A stretch of DNA of 48,048 nt from assembly GCA_964557745.1 (NCBI GenBank), contig CAZLBQ010000002.1:1-48048 (forward strand). The letters run 5' to 3'. Under the pieces are notes generated by a model. The model made no database searches. It saw only the letters and a list, made by a program, of their open reading frames with translations, and was not told the origin of the DNA. The DNA is from an uncultured Anaerolineales bacterium. Its GTDB lineage: Bacteria > Chloroflexota > Anaerolineae > Epilineales > JAHCIE01. Every line of letters begins with the position of its first letter. Position 1 is the first letter of the stretch. Below are positions 15,640 through 23,829 of the stretch, piece by piece. A program made the position numbers and the translations under genes.

Positions 15640-16306
15640 CCTACCCGGCCTGTTCATCACTTTCGAAGGAACAGAGGGCAGCGGCAAGAGTACCCAGGCC
15701 CGCGCCCTGGCGCACACGCTCCAGGCGCGGGGCTGGCCGGTTCTTCTGACCCGCGAGCCGGGCGGCACGCCAATCGCCGACCAGATCCGCCAGGTCATCC
15801 TGACGCCGAGCAACCAGGCAATGGTTCCCCAGGCTGAGGTGTTGCTGTTCTCGGCCGCCCGCGCCCAGCATGTCTACGAGAAGATCCGGCCGGCGCTGGC
15901 CGAGGGCTATCTCGTCATCTGCGACCGCTTCGCCGACTCGACTCTGGCCTATCAAGGCTATGGGTTGGGGCTGGACCTGGACGAACTGCGCCGCCTGACG
16001 CGCTTCGCCACAGGCGGGCTGACGCCCGACCTGACGGTGTATCTCGACTGTGATGTCACCCTGGGGCTGGGGCGCAAGCAGCGGGCGGCGAGCGGAGGCG
16101 GGGAGTGGAACCGTCTAGACCAGAAACTCGTTGACTACCACGAACGTGTCTACCAGGGCTACCACGAACTGGCGCGCGCCGAGCCGAGTCGCTGGCTCGT
16201 GATCGATGCCCGCCCCGCGCCGTCCCTGGTCGAACAGTCTATCCGCGAACAGGTGGCTGCCCACCTGGAGGGTGTATGGACCCCGCACTGCTCATCAAAA
16301 AACTAG
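15629..16306 (+). CDS. tmk: dTMP (thymidylate) kinase
   Basis: FITFEGTEGSGKSTQ P-loop and DRF.DST.AYQG motif. Confidence 0.93.
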   Translation: MAANLPGLFITFEGTEGSGKSTQARALAHTLQARGWPVLLTREPGGTPIADQIRQVILTPSNQAMVPQAEVLLFSAARAQHVYEKIRPALAEGYLVICDRFADSTLAYQGYGLGLDLDELRRLTRFATGGLTPDLTVYLDCDVTLGLGRKQRAASGGGEWNRLDQKLVDYHERVYQGYHELARAEPSRWLVIDARPAPSLVEQSIREQVAAHLEGVWTPHCSSKN

Positions 16307-16626
16307 TCGTCGCCATTATCCATAGCGACGACGCGCCGGGCCTGGTCGAGGCCCTCAACCGGCGCGGCTACTCCGCGACCGTCATCTCCACCACAGGTGG
16401 CTTTCTCCGCGAAGGGAACTCTACGGTCCTGATTGGCACCAGCGAGACCAGCCTGGCCGAGGTGCTGCGCATCATCAAGACCAACGCCCACGCCCGTACC
16501 CAGTACGTCAACCCGTTGCCCCCCGTCGTCGAGCCGGGCGAGCTGTACATGCCCCAGCCCGTCGAGATCGAGGTGGGCGGCGCGGTGTGCTTCGTCCTCA
16601 ACGTCGAGCGCTTCGAGCGGTACTAG
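16276..16626 (+). CDS. darA: PII-like cyclic-di-AMP receptor (DarA/PstA, YaaQ family)
   Basis: KLVVAIIHSDDA..LVEAL...GY.AT.ISTTGGFLREGN.T.LIG. GGAGG lies 4 nt upstream of the ATG. tmk-yaaQ adjacency as in Bacillus. Confidence 0.85.
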   Translation: MDPALLIKKLVVAIIHSDDAPGLVEALNRRGYSATVISTTGGFLREGNSTVLIGTSETSLAEVLRIIKTNAHARTQYVNPLPPVVEPGELYMPQPVEIEVGGAVCFVLNVERFERY

Positions 16627-16793
16627 ACCTGGATGGGCCAGGACGATACGATAGCGAGGGCTGTGGCGCACGGAAGACGCGGCAGGACGCGGACATCACG
16701 GAGGAGAACCGGCGGGACGAGGGTCTGCCGCGTTTTCCGCGCTATTCTGTGACCCCCGTGGTCCAGACCTTCCCTGACCGCAAGCCCCGGCGC

Positions 16794-17186
16794 TTACTCG
16801 AAATCCCCCAGCCCACCCTGGTCGTCGCCGCCGCCCAGGTCGGGCATCGACGCCTCGATGGACTCGGGGCTTTCGCCGGCTTCCAGCCGGTCGACCATCT
16901 CGTTGAACTCCGGCCCCATCTCCTCCCCCATCTCACCCCCCATCTTGCGCATCCAGCGGCCCAGGCTCGCCGGGTCGTTCTCGTCGACACCGGACAGGTT
17001 CGACGGGTCGGCCAGGTTCTCCAGGCGCGACTCTTCCGAACGCAGCAGGGCGACACGCGAGACGAGGCGGTGCGTCTGGGTACTCTGGCAGTGCTCGCAG
17101 GCGGGCGACTCAGGGGCATTGAACGAGCGAACGAGGACGGTAAAGCGCTTGCGGCAGGCTTGACAACGGTACTCGTAGAGTGGCAT
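16794..17186 (-). CDS. FmdB-family zinc-ribbon protein with acidic C-terminal tail
   Basis: MPLYEYRCQACRKRF ... CEHC (CxxC...CxxC). Start at 17186 rather than the track start at 17255. Confidence 0.85.
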   Translation of the reverse strand: MPLYEYRCQACRKRFTVLVRSFNAPESPACEHCQSTQTHRLVSRVALLRSEESRLENLADPSNLSGVDENDPASLGRWMRKMGGEMGEEMGPEFNEMVDRLEAGESPESIEASMPDLGGGDDQGGLGDFE

Positions 17187-17369
17187 AGTTGTTGATACGT
17201 GAGGCGTGGTCGGGAATGGGTAACATTGGGCGGGTTGGCAGCGTCCAACGAGCAATATTATAGCCCCAACTGGCCGTTGCTGTCCATTGAACCTGACGCG
17301 CAGGCGCGTCCTTCCGCCATAGGCGTTTTCCCGTCCCGCGTATCACGTTCCACGTATGGAGTACCTGGC

Positions 17370-18068
17370 ATGACCCTCAATCCGGCTCCGACCGTCGTCG
17401 GCACTCTGCCGGCCCAACTGCATCCCCTCCTCGACGAGGTCGAAGGTATCACCGGCCTCCCGGAGACTGTCTTGAACCCGCCGCCCCTGCTCATCGTCAT
17501 ATCCGGTCCGTCCGGAGTCGGCAAGGATACGGTGCTCCAGCGGCTCCAGGAGCGCCAAGTGCCGTTCCACTTCGTCGTCACCGCGACGAGCCGCCCTATG
17601 CGGCCCGGCGAGGTCCACGGCCGCGACTACTTCTTTGTCTCCGAGGACGAATTCCGTCAGATGATCCAGGCCGGCGAGTTGTTGGAGCACGCGCTGGTCT
17701 ACAATCATTACAAAGGCATTCCCAAACAGCAGGTTCGCGACGCCTTCGCCAGCGGCAAGGACGTCATGCTGCGCATTGACGTTCAGGGCGCGGCGACGAT
17801 TCGCCGCCTGGTGCCGGAGGCGGTCCTCATCTTCCTGGCAGCCGGCAGCCTGGCCGAACTCATGGAGCGCCTCATCGCCCGCAAGACCGAGACGGTGGAC
17901 GACCTGGCGAAACGGATGGCGACCGCCCGCGCCGAGATGGACCAGCTCGACCTGTTCGATTATGTCGTCATCAACCGCGACGAAGAGCTAGACGCGACGG
18001 TCGACCAGATCATTGCCATCGTCCACGCCGAGCACGCCCGCGTCCACCCCCGCGAATGCCGCCTCTGA
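17370..18068 (+). CDS. gmk: guanylate kinase
   Basis: ISGPSGVGKDT P-loop, TTR.MRPGEV.G.DY.FV, and Y.G.YGT-like block. ATG at 17370 preceded by GGAG; the track start at 17199 adds 57 unsupported codons. Confidence 0.93.
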   Translation: MTLNPAPTVVGTLPAQLHPLLDEVEGITGLPETVLNPPPLLIVISGPSGVGKDTVLQRLQERQVPFHFVVTATSRPMRPGEVHGRDYFFVSEDEFRQMIQAGELLEHALVYNHYKGIPKQQVRDAFASGKDVMLRIDVQGAATIRRLVPEAVLIFLAAGSLAELMERLIARKTETVDDLAKRMATARAEMDQLDLFDYVVINRDEELDATVDQIIAIVHAEHARVHPRECRL

Positions 18069-18181
18069 GACGTGAGACGTGAAACGTAAAACGCGAAGAC
18101 CAGCCACCGCTATTACGTTTCACGCTTCACTCATCACGCGAGACGTGTCACGCCTCACGGTTCACGCCTCACGTTTGACGC
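18067..18181. repeat. heptanucleotide-repeat hairpin, ACGT-word family
   Basis: Left arm: GAGACGT GAGACGT GAAACGT AAAACGC GAAGACC (18067-18101). Right arm: ten ACGnnnn units in exact phase (18115-18181). The first unit starts inside the gmk TGA (18066-68). Confidence 0.9.
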
Positions 18182-18185
18182 TGCT

Positions 18186-21100
18186 ATGTATGCCGAGATC
18201 GCCGTCAACGTCAGTCTAGGTCCGTGGACCGGCGGCCAGGGCGCGCCGCCCCCGGCCTACCACTACCGCGTCCCGACGGCGCTCGCGGCCGCCATCGCGC
18301 CCGGCCAGCTCGTCCGTGTCCCCTTTGGCGCGCGCCCGGCCCAGGGCATCGTCCTGAGCCTGACCGAGACTGCTCCCATCCTCCCCAACGGCGCGAAGAT
18401 TCGCCCCCTCGACGCCATCGCCGACCCTCGCCCCGTCCTGGCGCCCGCCCACCTCGCCCTGGCGCGCTGGATCGCTGACACGACCCTCAGTCCCCTGGCC
18501 GACGTCGTCTGGGCCATGGTCCCCTCCGGCCTAGAGGAGAAGGCGCACGTGGTGGTGGAGTTGGTGGCAGGGGAGAAGGCGGAAGGCGGAAGGCGAAAGG
18601 CGAAAGGCAGCGCGCCGCTCGCAGCAGGCAGCACGCAGGAGGTGGATGAAGAGGCGACCGAAGGCGAGCGCCGACCCACGACCCACGACCCACGACCGCC
18701 GACCGACGACGAGTTACCTGCCACTGACCACCAACCAGCGACCACTGGCGACACACCAACCACCGACCACCAACGACCGACCACCGACGACCGACCACTG
18801 CGTCTGGGGCCGGTGCAGCAGGCGATTGTCAACGCGCTGACGGAGAGCGGGCCGCTGCGGCTGGACGACCTGACCGCGCGGGTGGGCGGCAAACCGACCA
18901 GCGCCCTGAACAGCCTGGTCGAGCGGGGTCTAGTGCGGCGGACGTGGGCGCTCGACCCGCCGACCGTTCGGCCGCGCACCGTGCGCGTCGTGGTCCTGAC
19001 GGCGACGCCTAGCGAGGTCGAGGCGGCGCGCCCAACCCTGGGCCGCGATACCCCTGAAGCGCGCGCCCTGGCCTGGCTCGCGGCCTGCGGCGACCCCCTG
19101 CCCTCGCTCGCAGCCCTGCAACAAGCCAGCGGCGCGTCGGCGGGCGCGATCCAGCGGCTGGCCGCCGAGGGTGTCATCGGCGTGACGGGCAAGCGGACGC
19201 TTCTGGCCCTGCGCGTGAGCCGCGTCGAGGCCGCGGCATCGCCCCACAAGGAGGGGAAGGTCGGGCCAGCCCTTGGCCTCCTCCTCGCCAGCCCCGTCCC
19301 CCTCGACCTGGCCGACCTCAAGGCGCAGGGGGTGACGGCCCCGCATGTCAAGCGCCTGGTCGAGGCGGGCCTCGTCCAGCGCATCGAGGAGGAGCCGAGC
19401 GTCTACCTGACCATCCCGCTAGACCACATCCCCGACGCCCTGGTCCGGCTGCGTAAGGCGGACGGCCAGGCCCATGCCCTGGCCCACCTGCTGGCCCACG
19501 GACCTGAGATGGATGCCGCGACCCTGGCGCAGGCGAGCCAGGCCAGCCTGGAGGACTTGCGCGCCCTCGAAGCGCGGGGGCTGCTCCGTATCGAGGAGCG
19601 CCCGGCCTGGCGCGACCCGCTGGCCGGCCAGAGCTTCGCCCTCGCCATCCCGCCCCACCTGACCGACGACCAGGCGCGCGCCTGGGCAGCCATCGAGGCG
19701 GCCTTTGACACTCCTGGGGAGAGGCGGGCGTTCCTCCTCCACGGCGTCACCGGCTCCGGCAAGACCGAACTCTACCTGCGCGGCGTCGCGGCGGCCCTGG
19801 CGCGCGGCCAGCAGGCGCTCATCCTCGTGCCCGAGATCGCGCTGACGCCACAGACCGTCCGCCGCTTCGCCGCTCGCTTCCCCGGCCGCGTCACCGTCTG
19901 GCACTCGAAGCTGACGCCCGGCCAGCGCTATGACACCTGGCAGCGCGTCCGCGCCGGCGAGATTGACGTCGTCATCGGCTCGCGCTCGGCCCTCTTCGCG
20001 CCCCTGTCCCGCCTGGGGCTGATTGTCGTGGACGAGGAGCATGAGCCGTCGTACAAGCAGGATGCCACGCCACGCTACCACGCCCGCGAGGGCGCGCTGC
20101 GCCTGGGCCGCGAGACAGGGGCGGTTGTCCTGCTGGGTAGCGCCACGCCCGACGTCGAGACCTATGCCCGCGCCGAGCAGGGCGAGTTGACCCTGCTGAC
20201 CCTACCGCGCCGCGTGGTCGGGCATCGGGCGATGGCTGACCGCCAGGCGACGATGGATCACGGACGATGGACGGTGGGGGAGGGCGTGGAAAAGGCGGGC
20301 GTCATGCATGCTGGCCCCACCTACGGTGACCTGCCGCCGGTGCAGGTGGTCGACTTGCGGGCCGAGCTGCGGGCGGGCAACACGAGTGTTTTCAGCCGCG
20401 CCCTGCAGGCGGCGCTGGCCGAGACACTGGCGCGGCGCGAGCAGGCCATCCTGTTCCTCAACCGGCGGGGGGCGGCGACATTTGTCATGTGCCGCGACTG
20501 CGGCCACGTCCTGGCCTGCCCCCGCTGCTCGACGCCGCTGACCTACCACACGGCGACGGGCGCGCTGGTCTGCCACCACTGCGGCCAGCGCCAGACTCAG
20601 CCGCGCGCCTGCCCAAAGTGCGGGAGCGAGCGGGTCAAGCACTTTGGCGCGGGGACGCAGCGCGTCGAGGAGGCCCTGCTGGCCCTGTTCCCCCAGGCGC
20701 GCGTCCTGCGCTGGGATAGCGATACCACCGGCGGCCGCACCGCCCACGCCGAGTTCCTGGACGCCTTTCTGCAGGGCGACGCCGACGTGTTGGTCGGGAC
20801 GCAGATGATCGCCAAGGGCCTGGACTTGCCGTTGGTGACGCTGGTCGGCGTGGTCAGCGCTGACACCGGGCTGCACCTGCCCGACTTCCGGGCCGCCGAG
20901 CGCACCTTCCAGCTGCTGACCCAGGTGGCGGGGCGGGCGGCGCGCGGTCCCCTCGGCGGGCGCGTCATCTTCCAGACCTACACGCCCGAGCATTATGCCA
21001 TTCAGGCAGCGGCCCGTCACGACTACCTGTCATTCTACGCGACCGAGATGGAGTTTCGCCGCGCGGCGGCCTACCCGCCCTACACGCGGCTGGCGCGCCT

Positions 21101-21368
21101 GCTGTATCTCGACCCCACGTGGGAGCGGGCGCGCGCCGAGAGCGAGACCCTCGCGCGGCGGCTGACCGACTACATCCGCCGCCAGGGTCTCACCAACACC
21201 AGCCTCATTGGCCCGGCCCCGGCCTACTTTAGCCGCGAGCGCGGTGAGTACCGCTGGCATATCGTGGTGCGCAGCCCCGACCCGGCCGCGCTGCTGCGCG
21301 CCTTCTTCCAGACGGCCCGCCCGCCCTATGGCTGGCGCATCGACATGGACCCGGTGAGCCTGCTATGA
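18186..21368 (+). CDS. priA: primosomal protein N' (replication restart helicase PriA), unusually long
   Basis: Walker A LLHGVTGSGKTE, DEEHE box, Cys-rich zinc region (CRDCG...CPRCS...CHHCG...CPKCGS), C-terminal domain. About 290 extra residues lie between the N-terminal DNA-binding domain and the helicase core. Confidence 0.93.
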   Translation: MYAEIAVNVSLGPWTGGQGAPPPAYHYRVPTALAAAIAPGQLVRVPFGARPAQGIVLSLTETAPILPNGAKIRPLDAIADPRPVLAPAHLALARWIADTTLSPLADVVWAMVPSGLEEKAHVVVELVAGEKAEGGRRKAKGSAPLAAGSTQEVDEEATEGERRPTTHDPRPPTDDELPATDHQPATTGDTPTTDHQRPTTDDRPLRLGPVQQAIVNALTESGPLRLDDLTARVGGKPTSALNSLVERGLVRRTWALDPPTVRPRTVRVVVLTATPSEVEAARPTLGRDTPEARALAWLAACGDPLPSLAALQQASGASAGAIQRLAAEGVIGVTGKRTLLALRVSRVEAAASPHKEGKVGPALGLLLASPVPLDLADLKAQGVTAPHVKRLVEAGLVQRIEEEPSVYLTIPLDHIPDALVRLRKADGQAHALAHLLAHGPEMDAATLAQASQASLEDLRALEARGLLRIEERPAWRDPLAGQSFALAIPPHLTDDQARAWAAIEAAFDTPGERRAFLLHGVTGSGKTELYLRGVAAALARGQQALILVPEIALTPQTVRRFAARFPGRVTVWHSKLTPGQRYDTWQRVRAGEIDVVIGSRSALFAPLSRLGLIVVDEEHEPSYKQDATPRYHAREGALRLGRETGAVVLLGSATPDVETYARAEQGELTLLTLPRRVVGHRAMADRQATMDHGRWTVGEGVEKAGVMHAGPTYGDLPPVQVVDLRAELRAGNTSVFSRALQAALAETLARREQAILFLNRRGAATFVMCRDCGHVLACPRCSTPLTYHTATGALVCHHCGQRQTQPRACPKCGSERVKHFGAGTQRVEEALLALFPQARVLRWDSDTTGGRTAHAEFLDAFLQGDADVLVGTQMIAKGLDLPLVTLVGVVSADTGLHLPDFRAAERTFQLLTQVAGRAARGPLGGRVIFQTYTPEHYAIQAAARHDYLSFYATEMEFRRAAAYPPYTRLARLLYLDPTWERARAESETLARRLTDYIRRQGLTNTSLIGPAPAYFSRERGEYRWHIVVRSPDPAALLRAFFQTARPPYGWRIDMDPVSLL
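18672..18797 (+). repeat. 18 tandem heptanucleotide units translated in frame within priA
   Basis: CGACCCA x3, CGACCGC, CGACCGA, CGACGAG, TTACCTG, CCACTGA, CCACCAA ... CCGACCA, in unbroken 7-nt phase. A second tract of 5 units (GGAGAAG GCGGAAG x2 GCGAAAG x2) lies at 18572-18606. Confidence 0.9.
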
Positions 21369-22306
21369 CGCCCTGGGACCGCGCCTACAACCACCTCTAC
21401 GACATCTGGCGGCAGTTCAAGCGAGACCACCCGCGCGGGGCGGGGGTCATCCTGTTTCTGAAGCGAGTATGGGATGAGTTTGGCGCCGACCACGGCACGC
21501 TGTTGGCCGCGGCGCTGGCCTACACCGCGCTGTTCGCCCTGTTCCCGCTCCTGCTGGCCGTCATCGGGGTGGTGGGATTCCTGCTAGCGAAGGGGTTGCC
21601 GACGGTCATCGATGTCCAGTCCTACGTCCTGGCGCGCGTCGCCGAGTTCCTGCCGGGCGCGTTCACCTTCGTCGCCGACACCCTCGCCCAAGTCGAGACG
21701 CAGCGCGGACCGGTCACGGCCTGGGGCCTCTTCCTGCTCGTCGTGTCCGGCTCGTACATCTTCGGCCAGGTGGAGTACAGCCTGGACCTTATCTTCGACT
21801 GCCCCCCGCGCATCCGCAACCCCCTGCAAACGCTGCTGGCGCGGGCGCTCTACGCGGCGCTGGTGCTGGGCGTCGCCTTGCTCCTCCTGGCGGGCATCCT
21901 GCTGGACACGCTGGGCAAGATGGTCAACGACAATGTCGTCTGGCTTGCCAACCTCGAAGGGCCGCTGCCCCTGGCGACGCCCGTGTTCTCCATCGTCATC
22001 ACGGCCTTTCTCTTCGGCCTGTTGTTCAAGGTCTTGCCCATGCAGCGGCCCCCCTGGCGGGAGGTCCTGCCGGGCGCGGTCCTGGGCGCGCTGCTCTGGG
22101 AACTCGGCAAGCAGATTCTGACGTGGTACCTGGGCCGCCCCATCTACAACGCCGTCTACGGGCCGGTGACGGGCGTCATCGTCCTGCTGTCGTGGTTCTA
22201 CTACTCGGCGCTCGTCTTCTTGCTCAGCGCCGAGTTTAGTTCGACGCTGGGCCAGGTCCGCGCCGAGCGGGCGACCCAGCCAGAAACGAGGAAGCAGGAA
22301 GGCTGA
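21365..22306 (+). CDS. YihY/BrkB family membrane protein
   Basis: 313 aa, about 6 TM helices. AAALAYTALFALFPLLL and YYSALVFLLSAEF motifs. The ATGA start overlaps the priA stop. Confidence 0.85.
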   Translation: MTPWDRAYNHLYDIWRQFKRDHPRGAGVILFLKRVWDEFGADHGTLLAAALAYTALFALFPLLLAVIGVVGFLLAKGLPTVIDVQSYVLARVAEFLPGAFTFVADTLAQVETQRGPVTAWGLFLLVVSGSYIFGQVEYSLDLIFDCPPRIRNPLQTLLARALYAALVLGVALLLLAGILLDTLGKMVNDNVVWLANLEGPLPLATPVFSIVITAFLFGLLFKVLPMQRPPWREVLPGAVLGALLWELGKQILTWYLGRPIYNAVYGPVTGVIVLLSWFYYSALVFLLSAEFSSTLGQVRAERATQPETRKQEG

Positions 22307-22344
22307 ACTAGGAAGGTTGAAAGACAACTTATCCCTATTACCAA

Positions 22345-22398
22345 AAGACACGCCGGGCATACGAGGCTGATGCAAATCTCGTCTGTCCGGCGTGTCTT
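22345..22398. terminator. bidirectional terminator-like hairpin between convergent genes
   Basis: 12-bp stem AAGACACGCCGG (22345-56) / CCGGCGTGTCTT (22387-98), with inner stem ACGAG/CTCGT. Confidence 0.6.
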
Positions 22399-22416
22399 CT
22401 CTAACCCGGCTGAGTG

Positions 22417-23460
22417 TCACATCGTCGGCGTAGGGACGATGGCCGTCGCGGGCGCGAGGCCCTGGTTGGGCAGGCGGCGGAAGAGCAGCGTCCACAGCGT
22501 CTCGTAGAAGACGACGAACAGCGCGTTCAGCACCGCCATAACCAGGACGGTCAGCACAACCCCCGGAATGGCGGCGGCGATGGCCGCCCCGCTCGACTGG
22601 GTGAGCGCATAGGTGAGAAAGCCGACGCCCGCGCCAAGCAGCCCGCCGGTCAGCAGCGCGATGATGAACAGGATGATTCCCCACACCGCGCCGATGATGA
22701 ACAGGATAATGAGCAGGATGACGACGTTGCCCCAGTTGGCGCGGAACAATCGCCAGCCCTCGCCCAGGCTCTCGATCACCCCCGCCTCACGTAGCACGAT
22801 GAAGCGGGAGGCGAAGCTCTGCACCGCCGTGAAGATAATCGAGCCGATGAGGGCCAGGGGCAAGAGGCACAGCACGCCCAGGCAGATGAGCAGGCCAAAG
22901 GCCCCACCGGCGCCGCTACTCTGCTGGGAGGCGACGCCCGTCGCCAGACCCAGGCCGACGAACAGGGCTGCGATGAGAAGCGCAATCACGAAGACGACAA
23001 TCCCCAGCAGCAGTTCCATGAGGAAGTTGCGCCAGGCGAAACGCGACCAGCCCACGCCCCAGCCGGACCGCACGCTCGTCTGCCCAACCGTCTCAACCTG
23101 GTCCACCATGCCGATAAGCGCGACGCGGGACACGTTGCGCAGGATGGTGCCGAGGACGCCAAAGAAGAGGAGCGCCAGGACAAAGATGACGGCCAGCGCA
23201 ATCCAGACGCCCGTCGGGACGCGGCCCAACTGGGCAAACAGGAAGCTGGGGTCGAGGCCGGGCGGCAGGCCGGGGACGGCGGGGGTCCCGCCCGGCGCGC
23301 CGGGGGTGGTGGGGACGGTGGGCGCGTTCCCACTCGGCAATTGGAAGTTGACACCGCCGCCAGCGCCGCCGAACAGCGCCAGCAGAAAGCCATACAACCA
23401 CAGGGCGCGGTGGCGGATGGTAATCTGAAAAGCACGGCCCAGGAGTTGGCCAAAGTCCAT
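22417..23460 (-). CDS. polytopic membrane protein, paralogue A (uncharacterised family)
   Basis: 347 aa from the ATG at 23460 (AGGAGG 5 nt upstream). MDFGQLLGRAF..., a Gly/Pro-rich loop, then about 6 further TM helices. Clear paralogue of 23830-24873. Confidence 0.75.
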   Translation of the reverse strand: MDFGQLLGRAFQITIRHRALWLYGFLLALFGGAGGGVNFQLPSGNAPTVPTTPGAPGGTPAVPGLPPGLDPSFLFAQLGRVPTGVWIALAVIFVLALLFFGVLGTILRNVSRVALIGMVDQVETVGQTSVRSGWGVGWSRFAWRNFLMELLLGIVVFVIALLIAALFVGLGLATGVASQQSSGAGGAFGLLICLGVLCLLPLALIGSIIFTAVQSFASRFIVLREAGVIESLGEGWRLFRANWGNVVILLIILFIIGAVWGIILFIIALLTGGLLGAGVGFLTYALTQSSGAAIAAAIPGVVLTVLVMAVLNALFVVFYETLWTLLFRRLPNQGLAPATAIVPTPTM

Positions 23461-23511
23461 ACGTCCTCCTTTCATGGACGCCCGGTAAGCAGCGATGCGC
23501 CTGGCGGCTTG

Positions 23512-23539
23512 ATTGTACCGGATAGGCATGCGGAGTCAA
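23512..23539 (-). promoter_or_regulatory. candidate promoter of paralogue A
   Basis: Minus strand: TTGACT (23539-34), 16-nt spacer, TACAAT (23517-12). Confidence 0.55.
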
Positions 23540-23829
23540 GGCTGCGTCCCGCACAGGTTTCAGAGGGAAGGAGAACGCCAGGGCGCTGAGGCGCAACACT
23601 GCCAATCGGCTGAAGGCCTATGCCTCTTGGTGTCATCGCGCCGTTGCGCCTCAGCGTTGCCATTCTATGTTCCAGGGAGCCTCCTCACTCCGCTGCTCAG
23701 CCCCTTCGACTGTCACCCCGAACGGAGTGAGGGGGCTGCTCTGCCAACGCCATCAGAGCAGATGCCTCACTGCGTTCGGCATGACCGTTGTGAGGGTTGC
23801 TCCCACCGGCGTCCTCGTTATGCCAAGTA

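Noticed and set aside
17199-17369. N-terminal extensions suggested by the ORF track (gmk from 17199; also rpsE from 46090, GT4 from 26404, radA from 28144, ArsA-like from 7447, FmdB from 17255, DUF4013 from 28164, paralogue A from 23529)
   Set aside because: In each case an internal ATG matches the conserved N-terminus of the family. In most cases it is preceded by an AGGAGG/GGAG-type RBS. The upstream codons overlap neighbouring genes, promoters or repeats.
18263-19384. 373-aa minus-strand ORF opposite priA
   Set aside because: It is antisense to a gene with clear helicase motifs. It has Ser/Arg/Ala-rich low-complexity composition and no start context.
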